NCBI GenBank assembly: GCA_963844035.1
Contig: CAWJMT010000027.1
Coordinates: 32,001-96,000, forward strand
DNA from: an uncultured Gemmatimonadales bacterium
GTDB taxonomy: Bacteria > Gemmatimonadota > Gemmatimonadetes > Gemmatimonadales > GWC2-71-9
Reading direction: 5' to 3'
DNA: 64,000 nucleotides
In this document: piece by piece, positions 45,173 to 56,414 of the stretch
Layout: each line of letters begins with the position of its first letter
How positions within the stretch are numbered: position 1 is the first letter of the stretch
Position numbers and translations under genes: made by a program
Notes under the pieces: model-generated
Seen by the model: the letters and a program-made list of their open reading frames with translations, nothing else
Databases searched by the model: none
What the model was told of the DNA's origin: nothing

Positions 45173-46510
45173 CTAAAGGCGGCCCCGGCGCTTGAGATCG
45201 AGGTAACTCGCCACCACGGCCTGGGCAGCCCGCTCGGGGGGAACGTCGAGAACGAGCACGCCGGCGCGGCGGATGTGGGCCAATGCCTCCTCCCGCGCCC
45301 GCAGCAGCTCCTCGGCTGCCGCCTTTCGGAAGGCATCCTTCACTCCTTCCGGATGCTGACCGGCGACGGCGTCGAGCTCGGGATTGCGGAGTGTTACGGC
45401 GAGGGGGAGATGGCGCGGGCGCAGCGTGGCGATGTGCGCCACCAGCGCCTCCGACGCAAACCGGTCGATCACGTCGGTGAACAGGACGGTGAGGGCCCGC
45501 TTGCGGTTGCGCACCGCGAGGTAGCGAAACGCGCCGGGATAGTCGGGCTCGACCAGGGTAGGCTCGAGGACGGTCAGGACGTCCAGCACGCGGCGCAGCC
45601 CAGCCCGCCCGCGCTGCGGCGGCACGAAATGCTGTACGCCGTCCGCGAACGCCATGACGCCCACGTTGTCGTCGTGCTGGATCGCCGCATACGCGAGCTC
45701 CAGCGCCGCCTGCACGACGTAGTCGAGGCGAGCTACGCCCGCGAGCTCGCCGCTCAGCAACCGCCCGGTGTCGAGCACCAGGAGCACCTGCTGCCGCCGC
45801 TCCGCTTCGTACTGGCGGGCAATCACCTTGCCGCGCCGCGCCGTCGCCTTCCAATCGATGTTGCGGACGTCGTCGCCGGAGACCCACTCGCGGAGCGACT
45901 CGAACAGCCGTCCCTCGCCCAGGCGTCGCATCGGCGTGACGCCGGGCTCGCGCCGCTGCCGCGCCTGCGCCACCGACGCGCGCAGGCGGGCCGGCACCAG
46001 CGGCGGGTAAACGACCACGTCCCATGGCAGCGCGCGCCACCCGCGCCGCACCGCCAGCCCCATCGGTCCCCGGCTGTCGATCACGAACGCGGCCCCTTTC
46101 CCTCCCGCAGCACCCCCCGCCCTGCCGCGCCGCACCGGCTCCACGGGGAGCCGCTCGCGCAGCTCGCCCTGAGCGTCGACGGCAAGCGCGCGCGGCGGCT
46201 GCAGGCCGCCCAGCAGGTCGGGGCGGATTTCGCGCGCGCGCAGCCGCACGCGTCGGGTCGACCGATTGACCCAGCGGTACCACACCTCGCCGGTGCGGCC
46301 CACCGAAAACGCGGGCGGCGCGTCCCGCTCGATCTCCAGCTCGCGCGCGTCGGGGCGGACGGCGCGTGTCGCATCGAGCCAGACGGCCGCGAGCAGCGCG
46401 ACGTCGGCGACGAGCATCGCGTACAGCGCCCACGGCACCACCAGGCCGAGGAGGCCGAGGAGGGAAACCGCCGCCGCGCCCCCGAGGGCGCGTCGCGTCG
46501 GCAGGATCAC
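45173..46510 (-). CDS. DUF58 (vWA-like) protein
   Basis: FESLREWVSGDDVRNIDWKATARR, VLDTGR, LFTD. Confidence 0.92.
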   Translation of the reverse strand: MILPTRRALGGAAAVSLLGLLGLVVPWALYAMLVADVALLAAVWLDATRAVRPDARELEIERDAPPAFSVGRTGEVWYRWVNRSTRRVRLRAREIRPDLLGGLQPPRALAVDAQGELRERLPVEPVRRGRAGGAAGGKGAAFVIDSRGPMGLAVRRGWRALPWDVVVYPPLVPARLRASVAQARQRREPGVTPMRRLGEGRLFESLREWVSGDDVRNIDWKATARRGKVIARQYEAERRQQVLLVLDTGRLLSGELAGVARLDYVVQAALELAYAAIQHDDNVGVMAFADGVQHFVPPQRGRAGLRRVLDVLTVLEPTLVEPDYPGAFRYLAVRNRKRALTVLFTDVIDRFASEALVAHIATLRPRHLPLAVTLRNPELDAVAGQHPEGVKDAFRKAAAEELLRAREEALAHIRRAGVLVLDVPPERAAQAVVASYLDLKRRGRL

Positions 46511-47463
46511 GCCGTGGGCACTTCGGTCTTGTCGAGGATCGCCTTGAGCGCGGCGTCGGGCGTCACGCCTTCGAGCTCGAGCTCCGGGGCGACGTTGACG
46601 CGGTGGCGCAACACGGCCGGCGCGAGCCCCTTCACGTCGTCCGGAATCACAAAGTCCCGGCCGTCGAGCAACGCCGCCGCGCGCGCTGTCTTGAGGAGCC
46701 CCACACCAGCGCGCGGGCTGGCGCCCAGCGTGAGCGAGGCGGCCTCTCGCGTGCCGCGGACCAGCGCCGTGATGTACGCGGTGATCTGCGGCTCGACCCG
46801 CACCGCGTCCGCCGCCTGCCGCATGCGCTCGAGCCCGGCCGCGTCAGTCACGGGGGTCACGCCGAATGTGGCCGGCCGATCGGCCTCGAACCCCTCGACG
46901 TAGCGCGTCAGAATCCGCTGTTCGAGCGCAGCGCTGGGGTATCCGATCTGCACCTTCATCATAAAGCGGTCGAGCTCCGCTTCGGGAAGCGGATAGGTAC
47001 CCTCGAACTCGATCGGGTTCTGGGTCGCGAACACGGTGAACGCCGCGGAGAGGGGATGCCCCGTGCCGTCGGCGGTGACGGTGCGCTCCTGCATCGCTTC
47101 GAGCAGCGCGGCCTGCGTCTTGGCGGGAGCGCGGTTGATCTCATCCGCCAGCACGAGGTCGGCAAACAGCGGCCCCGGCCGAAATGTGAAATCGTGCGTC
47201 CCCGAGAGCAGCGTGACGCCCGTGATGTCCGCCGGCATCAGGTCGGGGGTGAATTGAATGCGCTGAAACCGCACGTTCAACACGAGCGCCAGGGTGCGGA
47301 CCAGCAGCGTCTTCGCCGTTCCCGGGACCCCTTCGAGCAGCACGTGGCCGCGCGCGAGAAGACAGATCAGCGTCTCCCGCAGCGCGGCCTCCTGGCCCAG
47401 CACGACACCCCGCAGGGCGTCTAGGATCTGCCGCGCGTTGTGCGCGGGCGAAGCTCCTCCCAC
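46507..47463 (-). CDS. moxR: MoxR family AAA+ ATPase
   Basis: GVPGTAKT, RIQFTPDLMPAD, DEINRAPAKTQ, ATQNPIE. Confidence 0.95.
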   Translation of the reverse strand: MGGASPAHNARQILDALRGVVLGQEAALRETLICLLARGHVLLEGVPGTAKTLLVRTLALVLNVRFQRIQFTPDLMPADITGVTLLSGTHDFTFRPGPLFADLVLADEINRAPAKTQAALLEAMQERTVTADGTGHPLSAAFTVFATQNPIEFEGTYPLPEAELDRFMMKVQIGYPSAALEQRILTRYVEGFEADRPATFGVTPVTDAAGLERMRQAADAVRVEPQITAYITALVRGTREAASLTLGASPRAGVGLLKTARAAALLDGRDFVIPDDVKGLAPAVLRHRVNVAPELELEGVTPDAALKAILDKTEVPTA

Positions 47464-48656
47464 ACTTCCTCCACGGTTTGAGCGGCGGCGAGCACCCGGG
47501 CGGCGCCACCGGGTGTGCTGCCAAGGTCCCGCAGCCGCCGCGCCGCGGCACGGCCGCGCGGCGTTGACAGGGCAAGCTCGAGCGCGCCGAGCCACTGCTG
47601 CTCTCCTCCCGGCGCCACCGTGCCGGTGCGCGACAACCGCCGCCGCAGCCCGGCAACGAGCAGCTGGACCGCGGCATCAAATCCGGCAGCGCCTTCCAGG
47701 CCGGCTGCGAGGGCGTCGAGGTGCTCGAGGGGCGAGCGACGGCGGCGCTCGATCACATCCCGCGCCGGCCCGAAGCGCACCGCCTGCACCGCGAGGGCGA
47801 TGAGCCCGACGGCCACCAGGTGCAGGATCACCCACCCCACGGGATGACTCACGAGCCACTCCCACGATGCCTCTTGAAGCGATCCCGCCGTCGCCGAATC
47901 CCAGGTGATACTCGTCAACCGTGACCCGCCTGGTGGTGCCGTCCGCAAACCACGGCAGCACAACGCGGCCGGCGTCCGTCTCCTTGAGAGCCCGATTCGT
48001 CAGGAACCGCCCATCGGCGAGCAGGATCACCCTGCCGCCCGACGCGAACCGCAGCCGCAGGGCGACGGGGCGATTGATCGGTCGTGCGCAGCAGAGTGTC
48101 GACGTGGAGCCCCGCTCCCAGACGCACCGGGCAGCGATCGTCCTCCACGTCTTCGCCCCCTCACGGTCACCAGCGATTCCGCGGGGATGGGCCGGAGCAG
48201 ACGCCTCGCGTCGGGGAGGGGCCGCGTCGCGCGAAATTGCACGGGCGCCACATCGCCGAAATCCCCGACGCGACTCGACACATACCCGAAGCAGGTTTCG
48301 ATGCCGGTCTCTCCAGCCACGAAGATGCGACCGCCGCGGTCCACATAGTCACGAATGGCCACGCGTTCCCGCAACGTCGGTTCGACAATGTCGAGAAAGG
48401 CGAGCAACACGTGACGGGGCGGCCGCGTGCTGTCGGTCGCCAGATCGAAGTACGACCGCCGCCGCTGCTCGACGGTGAGGTCCAAGCGGGTGAGCACCTG
48501 CGCCAAACCCTTGGCCCCGTTCGGCCCTGCGAGATGGGTCGAGAGCCGGAGATCATCCATCCCCTCCGCGGGAGCCGACAGGATGCCGGCCAGCGCGGCC
48601 AGCGCGAGGGTGACCACCGCTCCGATGACGACGGCGCGCTCACCGCGTCGCAGCAT
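47421..48656 (-). CDS. DUF4350-like membrane protein (frameshifts)
   Basis: STHLAGPNGAKGLA, FLTNRAL, DEYHLG, RFGP...RRSPLEHLDALA; position in the MoxR cluster. Confidence 0.72.
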
Positions 48657-49260
48657 GCAGCCCGAGCCCTGAGGCCAGCGAGTCGAAGCGCTGCCACTCT
48701 TCGGCGCCACACGGCGCGCCGCCGAACAGGTGGCGATAGAGGGCCGCCACGAGGTCCGCCAGCTCGGAGCGCCCGGCGTCGTCGAGGCGCGCCTCCTGCA
48801 CGTACTCTGCCGGCGTCTTCGAGGGATGCACCTGCAGTACACGATGCGCGTCGAGCTCGAGCATGGCTGCGAGGAAGCGGTGCGCCAACGCCTCGGCGAA
48901 TTGACCGGCGGCCCCCAGCCGGCGCGCCTCGGCCAGGTGCCACGCGGCATCCCGAATCGGGCCGGCCATTGCAGCCTGGGTCCCGGTGGTGAGATGCGGG
49001 TGGAGCGATCGCCAGACCACCCACGACAGGTGAGCGACCAGCCCCGCGAGCAGCAGGACTAAGGCGGCGAGCAGGACGTAGTAGGGGAGCGGAAACGAGA
49101 CCCGCAGCCCCTCGAGCCAATCGAGGAACCGCTGCACGCGCCCCATCAGCCAGGCAAACGTGCTGCTCCCCTCAGTCCACTGGTACTCGCGGTCGGCGAA
49201 CACCGCCTGGACCACCGCCGCGAGAGAGTCGGGATCGAAGTGTCGCGAGACCGCGATCAC
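48640..49260 (-). CDS. DUF4129 domain protein
   Basis: TM helix; FAEALAHRF...SKTPAEY...LFGG. Confidence 0.75.
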   Translation of the reverse strand: MIAVSRHFDPDSLAAVVQAVFADREYQWTEGSSTFAWLMGRVQRFLDWLEGLRVSFPLPYYVLLAALVLLLAGLVAHLSWVVWRSLHPHLTTGTQAAMAGPIRDAAWHLAEARRLGAAGQFAEALAHRFLAAMLELDAHRVLQVHPSKTPAEYVQEARLDDAGRSELADLVAALYRHLFGGAPCGAEEWQRFDSLASGLGLHAATR

Positions 49261-50018
49261 GCCCGGGCGGCGATCCCGAGGTGCCGGCTCAATAACTCGA
49301 GGTCGAACGCCTCTTTGCGCACGCGCAGATCATAGTAGAAGAGGGTGAAGACACAGCTGGTGAAAGGATAGAGGAACAGAAACAGCAACCCAAGTCCGAT
49401 TACCGCCGGAACCAGCAGGGCCTTGAAGAGGAACGACGCGATCGCTGCGATGATTGCGAAGCCCAGGGTAAAGAGGATGAACAGGACCAGGATGACGCAG
49501 TACAGCCCGAACGCCCTCCACTTGAATCCCCTTGTGAGGGTCCAAGAGCGACCGACGCCGTCCAGGCCGCTGTTCAGCGGCTCAAGCACGGCGGCCTGCA
49601 CCACGACAGCGAGCCCGCATGCCACGACGAGCGCGGGGACGACCAACAGCAGCAATCCGAGAAAAAAAAGGACGCCCGCAGCCAGCCCGGCGAGGAGCGA
49701 CCGACCGAGCTTGCCCCATGCGAAGCTGAGCGCGTCGGCCATGCCGGGATCATGCCCGAGGTAGGCCTGTGAGACCACGCGAATGGATGCCGAGGATACG
49801 AGCAGGTAGCCCAGCCCGTTGAGGAACTGTCCCAGCAGGTAGAGCCCGAAATGCTGGGAGACGCCCCCGGCGAACTCGACGTACAGGCTCAACGCGGTGG
49901 GCACGCCCTGACAGATGATCCCAATCCCGAAGAAGACACCAACATGGTGCCGCAGGAGCGCGAACGACGCGTCGAGGATCTCGCCCGTGGACATGGGCCG
50001 CAGCGCGGTGGTAGCCAT
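49257..50018 (-). CDS. Integral membrane protein of MoxR clusters
   Basis: LRPMSTGEILD...RSWTLTRG...YYDLRVRKEAFDL. Confidence 0.8.
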   Translation of the reverse strand: MATTALRPMSTGEILDASFALLRHHVGVFFGIGIICQGVPTALSLYVEFAGGVSQHFGLYLLGQFLNGLGYLLVSSASIRVVSQAYLGHDPGMADALSFAWGKLGRSLLAGLAAGVLFFLGLLLLVVPALVVACGLAVVVQAAVLEPLNSGLDGVGRSWTLTRGFKWRAFGLYCVILVLFILFTLGFAIIAAIASFLFKALLVPAVIGLGLLFLFLYPFTSCVFTLFYYDLRVRKEAFDLELLSRHLGIAARA

Positions 50019-50050
50019 TGGTCCTCCCTGAGGGGTAAGATGCCTGTCGC

Positions 50051-51931
50051 ATGCCCGCCACGCGAGGCCCAACCGTCCCGCAGTTCGCGCGCCGTCTCGC
50101 GATCGAGACGCCGGAGCACGTGGCGCTCGAGCTCGAACTCGCCGGACCCGGATCGCGCGTCGCGGCGGCGCTGTGCGACGCCGCGATTCTCATCATCCTC
50201 CTCACCTTGCTGTTCATCGGCAGTGGGACGCTGGCAGCGAACGTCGCCGCACAGCGCGGCTGGGGAACGCTGATGGCCGTGCTCGTCTCCCTGGTCCTGT
50301 TCCTCATTATTTGGGGCTACTTCCTGCTGTTCGAGGCGTTCAACGACGGCCGCACACCCGGGAAGCGGCTCATGGGGATCCGGGTGGTAATGGACACGGG
50401 CCATCGCCTCACCTTCACGGCTGCAGCGGTGCGCAACCTCGTGCGCGTCGTCGACGCTCAGCCGCTGTTCACCTACCTGCTGGGCTTCGGGTTCGTCCTG
50501 TTTCACGCCCAGAACAAGCGCCTGGGCGACATCGTCGCCGGAACGATCGTGGTGCGCGACCGCCCGGGGGACCTCCAGCTCGCCGGCATGCCGGCCGATC
50601 CGGCGCCGCAGCGCGAGCCGATCGACGCCGGCCCCCCGGAGCTCGAGGACGAGGAGTTCCGCCTGCTCGATCAGTTCCTCGAGCGTATCGAACGATTGGA
50701 TGTCGCATTGCGCCGCCGCTTCACGGCCGAGCTCGCGGCCCGGTTCGCTCCACGATTCCCGCGCCGCGACCCCGATCCTGCCACGTTTCTCGTGGCGCTC
50801 CACAGCGGGGAGCTCGACAAGCGGCGCGGCCGCCTCGCGGCGCGGCGCGATCAGGGCGTGGGCCGGACCACGATCGCCGCCGAACGATTCGTGCTTCGCA
50901 AGCGCGCCTCCTGGGAGGCGTTTCGCAGCCTCGCCGCACAGGCGGAGCGCGGCGGGCTCAAACAGCTGGGCGCCGCGGCGATTCCGGCGTTCGCCGCGCA
51001 GTACCGCGAGATCGCGGCCGACCTGGCGCGTGCCCGCACCTACGGGGTCGACGCCAGAGTGCTCGAATACCTCGAGCGCGTCGTGAGTGCGGGGCACAAC
51101 GCTCTGTACGGGCGCCACACCGCCGACCGAACTCAGCTAGCCCGCCTGCTGTTGCGCGAGGTCCCGGCCGCGGTCGTGGCGGGCCGGGCCTACGTGCTGG
51201 CCGCATTGCTCGCGTTCGCCGTCCCTGCGGTGACAGGCTATCTGCTGCTGCGCGAGCGCCCGGCGGTCGCCGAAGAGGTGCTGCCGGACGAGATGATCGC
51301 CCGCGCCATTGCGGGCGCGGAGCACCGCGCCCAGGGTGTGGGATATGCCGAGGCGCCCTCGATGTACCTCCCGGTCGTGGCCTCCCGCATCATCACCAAC
51401 AACGTGCAGGTGGCCTTCTTCGCGTTCGCACTCGGGAGTACGGCGGGTCTCGGGACCCTGGCCATTCTCGTGATGAACGGCCTGTTCTTCGGCGCCGTGC
51501 TGGGCCTGTTCGCGAACTACTCATTGGCGGGGTGGTTGCTCACGTTCGTCGCCGGGCACGGTGTGCTCGAGCTGACGGCGATCTTTATCGCGGGGGGGGC
51601 GGGGTTGCGCGTCGCGGGCGCCATGATCGCCCCGGGGGACCGGACCCGGCGGGATGCCCTGGTGCTCGAGGGACGGCTGGCGGCCCGGATGGTGGCTGCG
51701 GCGGTGCTTCTGCTGGCGCTCGCCGGGACTATCGAGGGGTTGCTCTCGGCGAGCGACGCGCCTGCCCCGTACAAGTTCGCCGCGAGCGCCGCCAGTGCCT
51801 TGTTTCTATTTCTCTATCTCGGGAATGGCGCGAGCTACTTGCGGCTTACAGGTCCAGATCTTGGAGTATCTGGCGCATCCGCCGCGCCAGCGTCTCGATC
51901 TGCCGCAAGCTCGACACCATCTCCGGGCTGA
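50051..51931 (+). CDS. RDD + SpoIIM (DUF95) fusion membrane protein
   Basis: IETPEHV...AGPGSR, GRTPGKR, KRLGDIVAGT; DLARART, IITNN, HGVLEL. Confidence 0.9.
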   Translation: MPATRGPTVPQFARRLAIETPEHVALELELAGPGSRVAAALCDAAILIILLTLLFIGSGTLAANVAAQRGWGTLMAVLVSLVLFLIIWGYFLLFEAFNDGRTPGKRLMGIRVVMDTGHRLTFTAAAVRNLVRVVDAQPLFTYLLGFGFVLFHAQNKRLGDIVAGTIVVRDRPGDLQLAGMPADPAPQREPIDAGPPELEDEEFRLLDQFLERIERLDVALRRRFTAELAARFAPRFPRRDPDPATFLVALHSGELDKRRGRLAARRDQGVGRTTIAAERFVLRKRASWEAFRSLAAQAERGGLKQLGAAAIPAFAAQYREIAADLARARTYGVDARVLEYLERVVSAGHNALYGRHTADRTQLARLLLREVPAAVVAGRAYVLAALLAFAVPAVTGYLLLRERPAVAEEVLPDEMIARAIAGAEHRAQGVGYAEAPSMYLPVVASRIITNNVQVAFFAFALGSTAGLGTLAILVMNGLFFGAVLGLFANYSLAGWLLTFVAGHGVLELTAIFIAGGAGLRVAGAMIAPGDRTRRDALVLEGRLAARMVAAAVLLLALAGTIEGLLSASDAPAPYKFAASAASALFLFLYLGNGASYLRLTGPDLGVSGASAAPASRSAASSTPSPG

Positions 51932-52061
51932 GCTGGTCGGCGGAAAGGAGCATGATCTGCGTTTCGGCGAGGACGGCGGCGAGCGGGTTGGCCAGGTCAT
52001 GCCGTAGCCTGCGGACTTTGTCGCCGCCTTCTGGTGCTTCAGATCCCGACGCCGGCGCCAC
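51846..52061 (-). CDS. Stand-alone HisKA (DHp) domain small protein
   Basis: RLRHDLANPLAAV H-box; GTG start overlaps the upstream TAG; no ATPase domain. Confidence 0.65.
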   Translation of the reverse strand: MAPASGSEAPEGGDKVRRLRHDLANPLAAVLAETQIMLLSADQLSPEMVSSLRQIETLARRMRQILQDLDL

Positions 52062-52345
52062 TAGAGCAGGGAGCGATACAAATCGCGTAAATGGTGGTCC
52101 CGCAGGTCTCGTACCGACTGCCACAAATCCGGCTCGGAGGTCGCGCAGAAGATCTCGGCAGTCGACCGCTCCTCTTCGGTATCGGGCGCCCCGAACAGCA
52201 TGCGACCGCGCCAGACCGTGTCCTCAGTCCGCCGTACCATCAGACGTATGGAGATGAGTTGTCCGTCGAATCGAATGGGGGGCAGATCATGGACGACTGC
52301 TTCGCTGGAATCCGGGCTGCTGTATCGAACTGGTTGTGCAGACAT
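52061..52345 (-). CDS. Hypothetical protein (94 aa)
   Basis: Protein-like composition; upstream TTGCAT-16-TATCTT. Confidence 0.7.
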   Translation of the reverse strand: MSAQPVRYSSPDSSEAVVHDLPPIRFDGQLISIRLMVRRTEDTVWRGRMLFGAPDTEEERSTAEIFCATSEPDLWQSVRDLRDHHLRDLYRSLL

Positions 52346-52409
52346 TCTCGCCCAGGGGCTGGTTTGGGCAAAGATAAGGGACTCTGCGGTGGATGCAATA
52401 GAGAATGAA

Positions 52410-52478
52410 GGTGTCGGGTGTCAGGTGTCAGGTGTCAGAGGAGCGTACCTGACACCTGACACCTGACACCTGACACCT
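52410..52478. repeat. Heptamer tandem-repeat hairpin (GGTGTCA)n...(TGACACC)n
   Basis: Same unit as 23220-23306. Confidence 0.88.
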
Positions 52479-52483
52479 TGTTT

Positions 52484-53593
52484 TTAGATTCTGAACGGCA
52501 CCGGAGCAAACGTGATCGCCAGCAGTGCCAGCCCCGCCCACGCGAGCCAGCCACGCGAGGGAGGCAGCGGGCGATACGCATCGAGCACGGGCGGGTGCCC
52601 GAGCCGTCCACGTGAGAGAATGAGCACGACCAGCCCCCACAACAGCCAGCCCTTCCAGTACAAGCCAAGTGCCAGGAGCACCGCCCAACAGATGATGGCC
52701 GCGCGCGCATGCCAGCGCGGCAGCGCGGCGTACAGGATGTGTCCCCCGTCCAGTTGAGAGATGGGGAGCAGATTCAGCATCGTGACGAACATGCCGACCC
52801 ATCCGGCGAAGGCGAGCGGGTGGAGCAGCAGGGTGCGCGTGCTTCCGTGCGTCAGCTCGCGCAACACGAGCGTGATGAGCGAGTCACCCAGACCAATCGT
52901 CTCGTTCCCGATCGCGAGCAGCATGCCGCTCAGCTCTCCGTGGCCCGGCGGCGGATGACTGAGCGCGAGCCCGATCCACAACACCGGGACCGCGACAGCG
53001 AAACCCGCGAGCGGTCCGGCCACGCCCACGTCCAGCAGCTGACGCCGGTCCGACAGCAGGGTGCGCAGCCGGATGAACGCGCCCATCGTTCCAATGAACG
53101 ACGGGATCAGGGGCACGGGGATGAAATACGGCGGCGACACGTCGAGCTGGTACCAGCGCGCGGTGACGTAGTGCCCCAGCTCGTGGCACATGAGGATCGC
53201 GAGCAGCGGAATCGAAAACCCGAAGCCCGTCGCCCACGCCGCCACGACCCCGGACGGCAGCGGGTAGGTACCGGTGAGCAGATCGAACGGGTTGTCGTAC
53301 ACGATCGCGCCCGTGAGCACCGCCCCGGCGAAGGTCGTCGTCACCAGCGTGGTCACGAACAGGGCGGCGTGCAGGAGCCAGCGCTCGCGGCGCCGGATCG
53401 GCATCCGGCGGGTCAGGATCAAGTGGCGCCCTTCGGGCTCGTCCGACCAGTAGTAGTGACCAGGCCAGCGCGCCAGCGCTTCCCGGAGGGCGGGCGAGGG
53501 ACCGGCATGAGCCGGATCTACAAGCGCATCAACCACTTCCCTGTCGTGCAGGGTGGTGGTGCGCCAGGCCAGTAGGAACGTCCTCAGCGGCAT
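52484..53593 (-). CDS. Site-2 protease (M50) family
   Basis: [30 protein letters not shown]. Confidence 0.93.
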   Translation of the reverse strand: MPLRTFLLAWRTTTLHDREVVDALVDPAHAGPSPALREALARWPGHYYWSDEPEGRHLILTRRMPIRRRERWLLHAALFVTTLVTTTFAGAVLTGAIVYDNPFDLLTGTYPLPSGVVAAWATGFGFSIPLLAILMCHELGHYVTARWYQLDVSPPYFIPVPLIPSFIGTMGAFIRLRTLLSDRRQLLDVGVAGPLAGFAVAVPVLWIGLALSHPPPGHGELSGMLLAIGNETIGLGDSLITLVLRELTHGSTRTLLLHPLAFAGWVGMFVTMLNLLPISQLDGGHILYAALPRWHARAAIICWAVLLALGLYWKGWLLWGLVVLILSRGRLGHPPVLDAYRPLPPSRGWLAWAGLALLAITFAPVPFRI

Positions 53594-53601
53594 GGACACT
53601 C

Positions 53602-53630
53602 TTGACTGCACGTCCGCCGCGGCCTACTAT
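53602..53630 (+). promoter_or_regulatory. Sigma-70 promoter of rho
   Basis: TTGACT-17-TACTAT. Confidence 0.7.
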
Positions 53631-53733
53631 AGGCCACTCGCACCCCTGCACATTCCCTAGTTCTCACTTTCAACGCGCTCACTCCCCCACTTCGGGGTCC
53701 GCCCGCCGTAGCGTAACGGAGCCAAAGCCCAAC

Positions 53734-54987
53734 GTGGATATCGCTGAATTAAAGAAGAAATCCGTCGCGGAACTGCACGCGATGGCCGAGACCCTGAACA
53801 TCACCAACTACTCAGGGCTCCGCAAGCAGGATCTCATCTTCCGCATCGAGCAGTCGCTGCTCGACTCCGACACCGTGCTGCGCGGCGAGGGAGTGCTGGA
53901 AATCCTTCCCGAGGGTTACGGATTCCTGCGCAGCCCGGATTGGAACTACCTGTACGGCCCCGACGACATCTACGTCTCGCCCAGCCAGATCAAGCGGTTC
54001 GATCTGCGAACCGGCGACACGATCATGGGCCAGGTGCGGCCGCCGAAGGAGGGCGAGCGCTACCTCGCCCTGCTCAAGGTCGAGGTCGTCAACGGCGACG
54101 AGCCGGAGAAGGCGAAGCACCGCGTCGCGTTCGACAACCTGCGGCCCCGCTACCCCGAGGAGCGGATCAGGCTGGAGCGGAAGGACGGCGACCTGTCGAT
54201 GCGGGTGATGGACATCCTGTGCCCGATCGGCAAAGGGCAACGCGGTTTGATTGTGTCACCGCCCAAGGCCGGTAAGACCATCCTGATGCAGAAGCTGGCC
54301 AACTCGATCATCGAGAACCATCCGGAGATCTACCTCATCGTGCTGCTGATCGACGAGCGGCCGGAAGAGGTGACCGACATGGAGGAGAACGTGAAGGTGG
54401 CGGAGGTGATCTCCTCCACGTTCGACGAGCCGGCCGACCGCCACGTGCAGGTGGCGGACATGGTGATCGAGAAGGCGAAACGCATGGTGGAGCACGGCAA
54501 GGACGTCGTGATCCTGCTCGACTCGATCACGCGCCTGGGCCGCGCGCACAACGTCGTCGTGCCGCACTCGGGCAAGATCCTCTCGGGCGGCGTGGACGCG
54601 AACGCGCTGCAGAAGCCCAAGCGCTTCTTCGGCGCGGCGCGCAACATCGAGGGAGGTGGCTCGCTCACCATCATCGCGACCGCCCTGATCGACACCGGCT
54701 CGCGCATGGACGAGGTGATCTTCGAGGAGTTCAAGGGCACGGGCAACATGGAAGTCATTCTCGACCGCCGCATCGCCGATCGGCGCGTCTACCCGGCAAT
54801 CGACACGCAGCGCACCTCGACCCGCAAAGAAGAGCTGCTCCTCTCCAAGGAAGAGCTCAACAAGGTGTACCTGCTCCGGAACTTCCTGTCCGACATGCCG
54901 CCGGTCGAAGCGATCGAGTTCCTGCTCGAGCGCATGAAGCGGACGAAAACGAACAACGAGTTCTACGCATCGATGGCCCAGGGGTGA
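53734..54987 (+). CDS. rho: Transcription termination factor Rho
   Basis: [45 protein letters not shown]. Confidence 0.99.
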   Translation: MDIAELKKKSVAELHAMAETLNITNYSGLRKQDLIFRIEQSLLDSDTVLRGEGVLEILPEGYGFLRSPDWNYLYGPDDIYVSPSQIKRFDLRTGDTIMGQVRPPKEGERYLALLKVEVVNGDEPEKAKHRVAFDNLRPRYPEERIRLERKDGDLSMRVMDILCPIGKGQRGLIVSPPKAGKTILMQKLANSIIENHPEIYLIVLLIDERPEEVTDMEENVKVAEVISSTFDEPADRHVQVADMVIEKAKRMVEHGKDVVILLDSITRLGRAHNVVVPHSGKILSGGVDANALQKPKRFFGAARNIEGGGSLTIIATALIDTGSRMDEVIFEEFKGTGNMEVILDRRIADRRVYPAIDTQRTSTRKEELLLSKEELNKVYLLRNFLSDMPPVEAIEFLLERMKRTKTNNEFYASMAQG

Positions 54988-55421
54988 ACGTGACGGGGAG
55001 ACTCCTCGGAGTCGACTGGGGAGAACGCCGCATCGGCCTCGCTCTGTCCGACGAATCCCAACTTCTCGCGCAACCCCTGACGACCCTCACCCGCCGCACC
55101 GGCAAACGCTTTCCCATGGCCCGTCTGCTCGCGCTCGCCAAAGAACGCGAGGTCGCGGGCGTCGTGATCGGCCTCCCCCTCACGGCCGACGGGTCCGAGG
55201 GCCACGCGGCACATCAGGCGCGCGCGCTGGCCGCGGAGATCGCGCGCCACTCCGGCCTCAGCGCCGAGCTGTGGGACGAGCGGTTCACCACGGCGCGGGC
55301 GTTGCAGGCGGTGCGCGAGATGGGCGGGACTACGCGGGGGCGCCAGGCGGACGTCGATGCCCTCGCGGCAACGTTGCTGCTGCAGCACTACCTCGACGCA
55401 CGCCGCGGCTCGGCGCAGTGA
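54984..55421 (+). CDS. ruvX: YqgF/RuvX family nuclease
   Basis: [33 protein letters not shown]. Confidence 0.93.
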   Translation: MNVTGRLLGVDWGERRIGLALSDESQLLAQPLTTLTRRTGKRFPMARLLALAKEREVAGVVIGLPLTADGSEGHAAHQARALAAEIARHSGLSAELWDERFTTARALQAVREMGGTTRGRQADVDALAATLLLQHYLDARRGSAQ

Positions 55422-56414
55422 TCCGCCGGCTGGCCGCGGTCCTGATCGTCACGGTGCTGGGTTGCAGCACCAGCCCCGGGCGGCCAGCGCGTCACCATCA
55501 CCGTCCCACCGGGTGCCACCCTCGACGCCGCGATCGACTCACTGTCCGCCCATGGCGTGATTCGCCACCCCACTCGCTTCATGTGGTACGCTCGCCTGCG
55601 GGGGTTGGGGAGCTCGCTCAAGACGGGAGTGTACCTGCTGCCCCAGGACGCACCCTGGAGCGACATCGTCGCCACGCTGAAGCGGGGACACGGCGTCGAG
55701 GTCCGGTGGACCGTGCGGGAGGGTTTGATGCTCAGCGAGGTGGCAGACCTCGCCGCCCGACAGCTGGGCGTCCACCGGGACTCGATGCTCGCCGCGGCGA
55801 ACGACCCCGCCCTGCGCCGCGAGCTCGGCCTGCCGGACGCCGCGACCGACGTGGAAGGCTACCTGTTCCCCACGACCTACGTCGTCGGCGTTCACATTAC
55901 GGGGCGTGAGCTGGTGCACGTGATGACGCGCGAGTTTCTCGCGCAATGGCGGCCCGAGTGGACCCCGCGGCTCGACTCCCAGCACCTGACTCGCCAGCAG
56001 CTCGTGACCCTCGCGTCGATCATCGAGGCCGAAGTCCGCTACGAACCCGACCGGCCGTTCGTCTCGGCCGTGTACCGCAATCGCCTCAAGCGCGGCATGA
56101 AGCTCGAGGCCGACCCCACGGTCGTCTACGCCCACGGGCGCCGGCTCAAGCGAGTCTGGGAGAAGAACCTGGCGATCCGATCGCGCTACAACACGTATCT
56201 GTATGCGGGGCTGCCGCCGGGACCGATCTGCCAGCCGGGGCTGGCCAGCATGGCGGCGGCGCTCGATCCCGCTCCCGTGCCGTACCTGTTCTTCGTTGCG
56301 CAGCCGGACGGGAAGCACATCTTCTCGGTGACCTACGCGGAGCACCAGGCGGCGATCCGGGCCGTCAAGCGTATGCAGAGCGAATCGCGCGGGCGGCGGC
56401 CTCCGGGTCGCTAG
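55418..56414 (+). CDS. mltG: Endolytic transglycosylase MltG (frameshift ~55480)
   Basis: EGYLFPTTY, LASIIEAE, NRLKRGMKLEADPT, YNTY...GLPPGPI. Confidence 0.93.
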
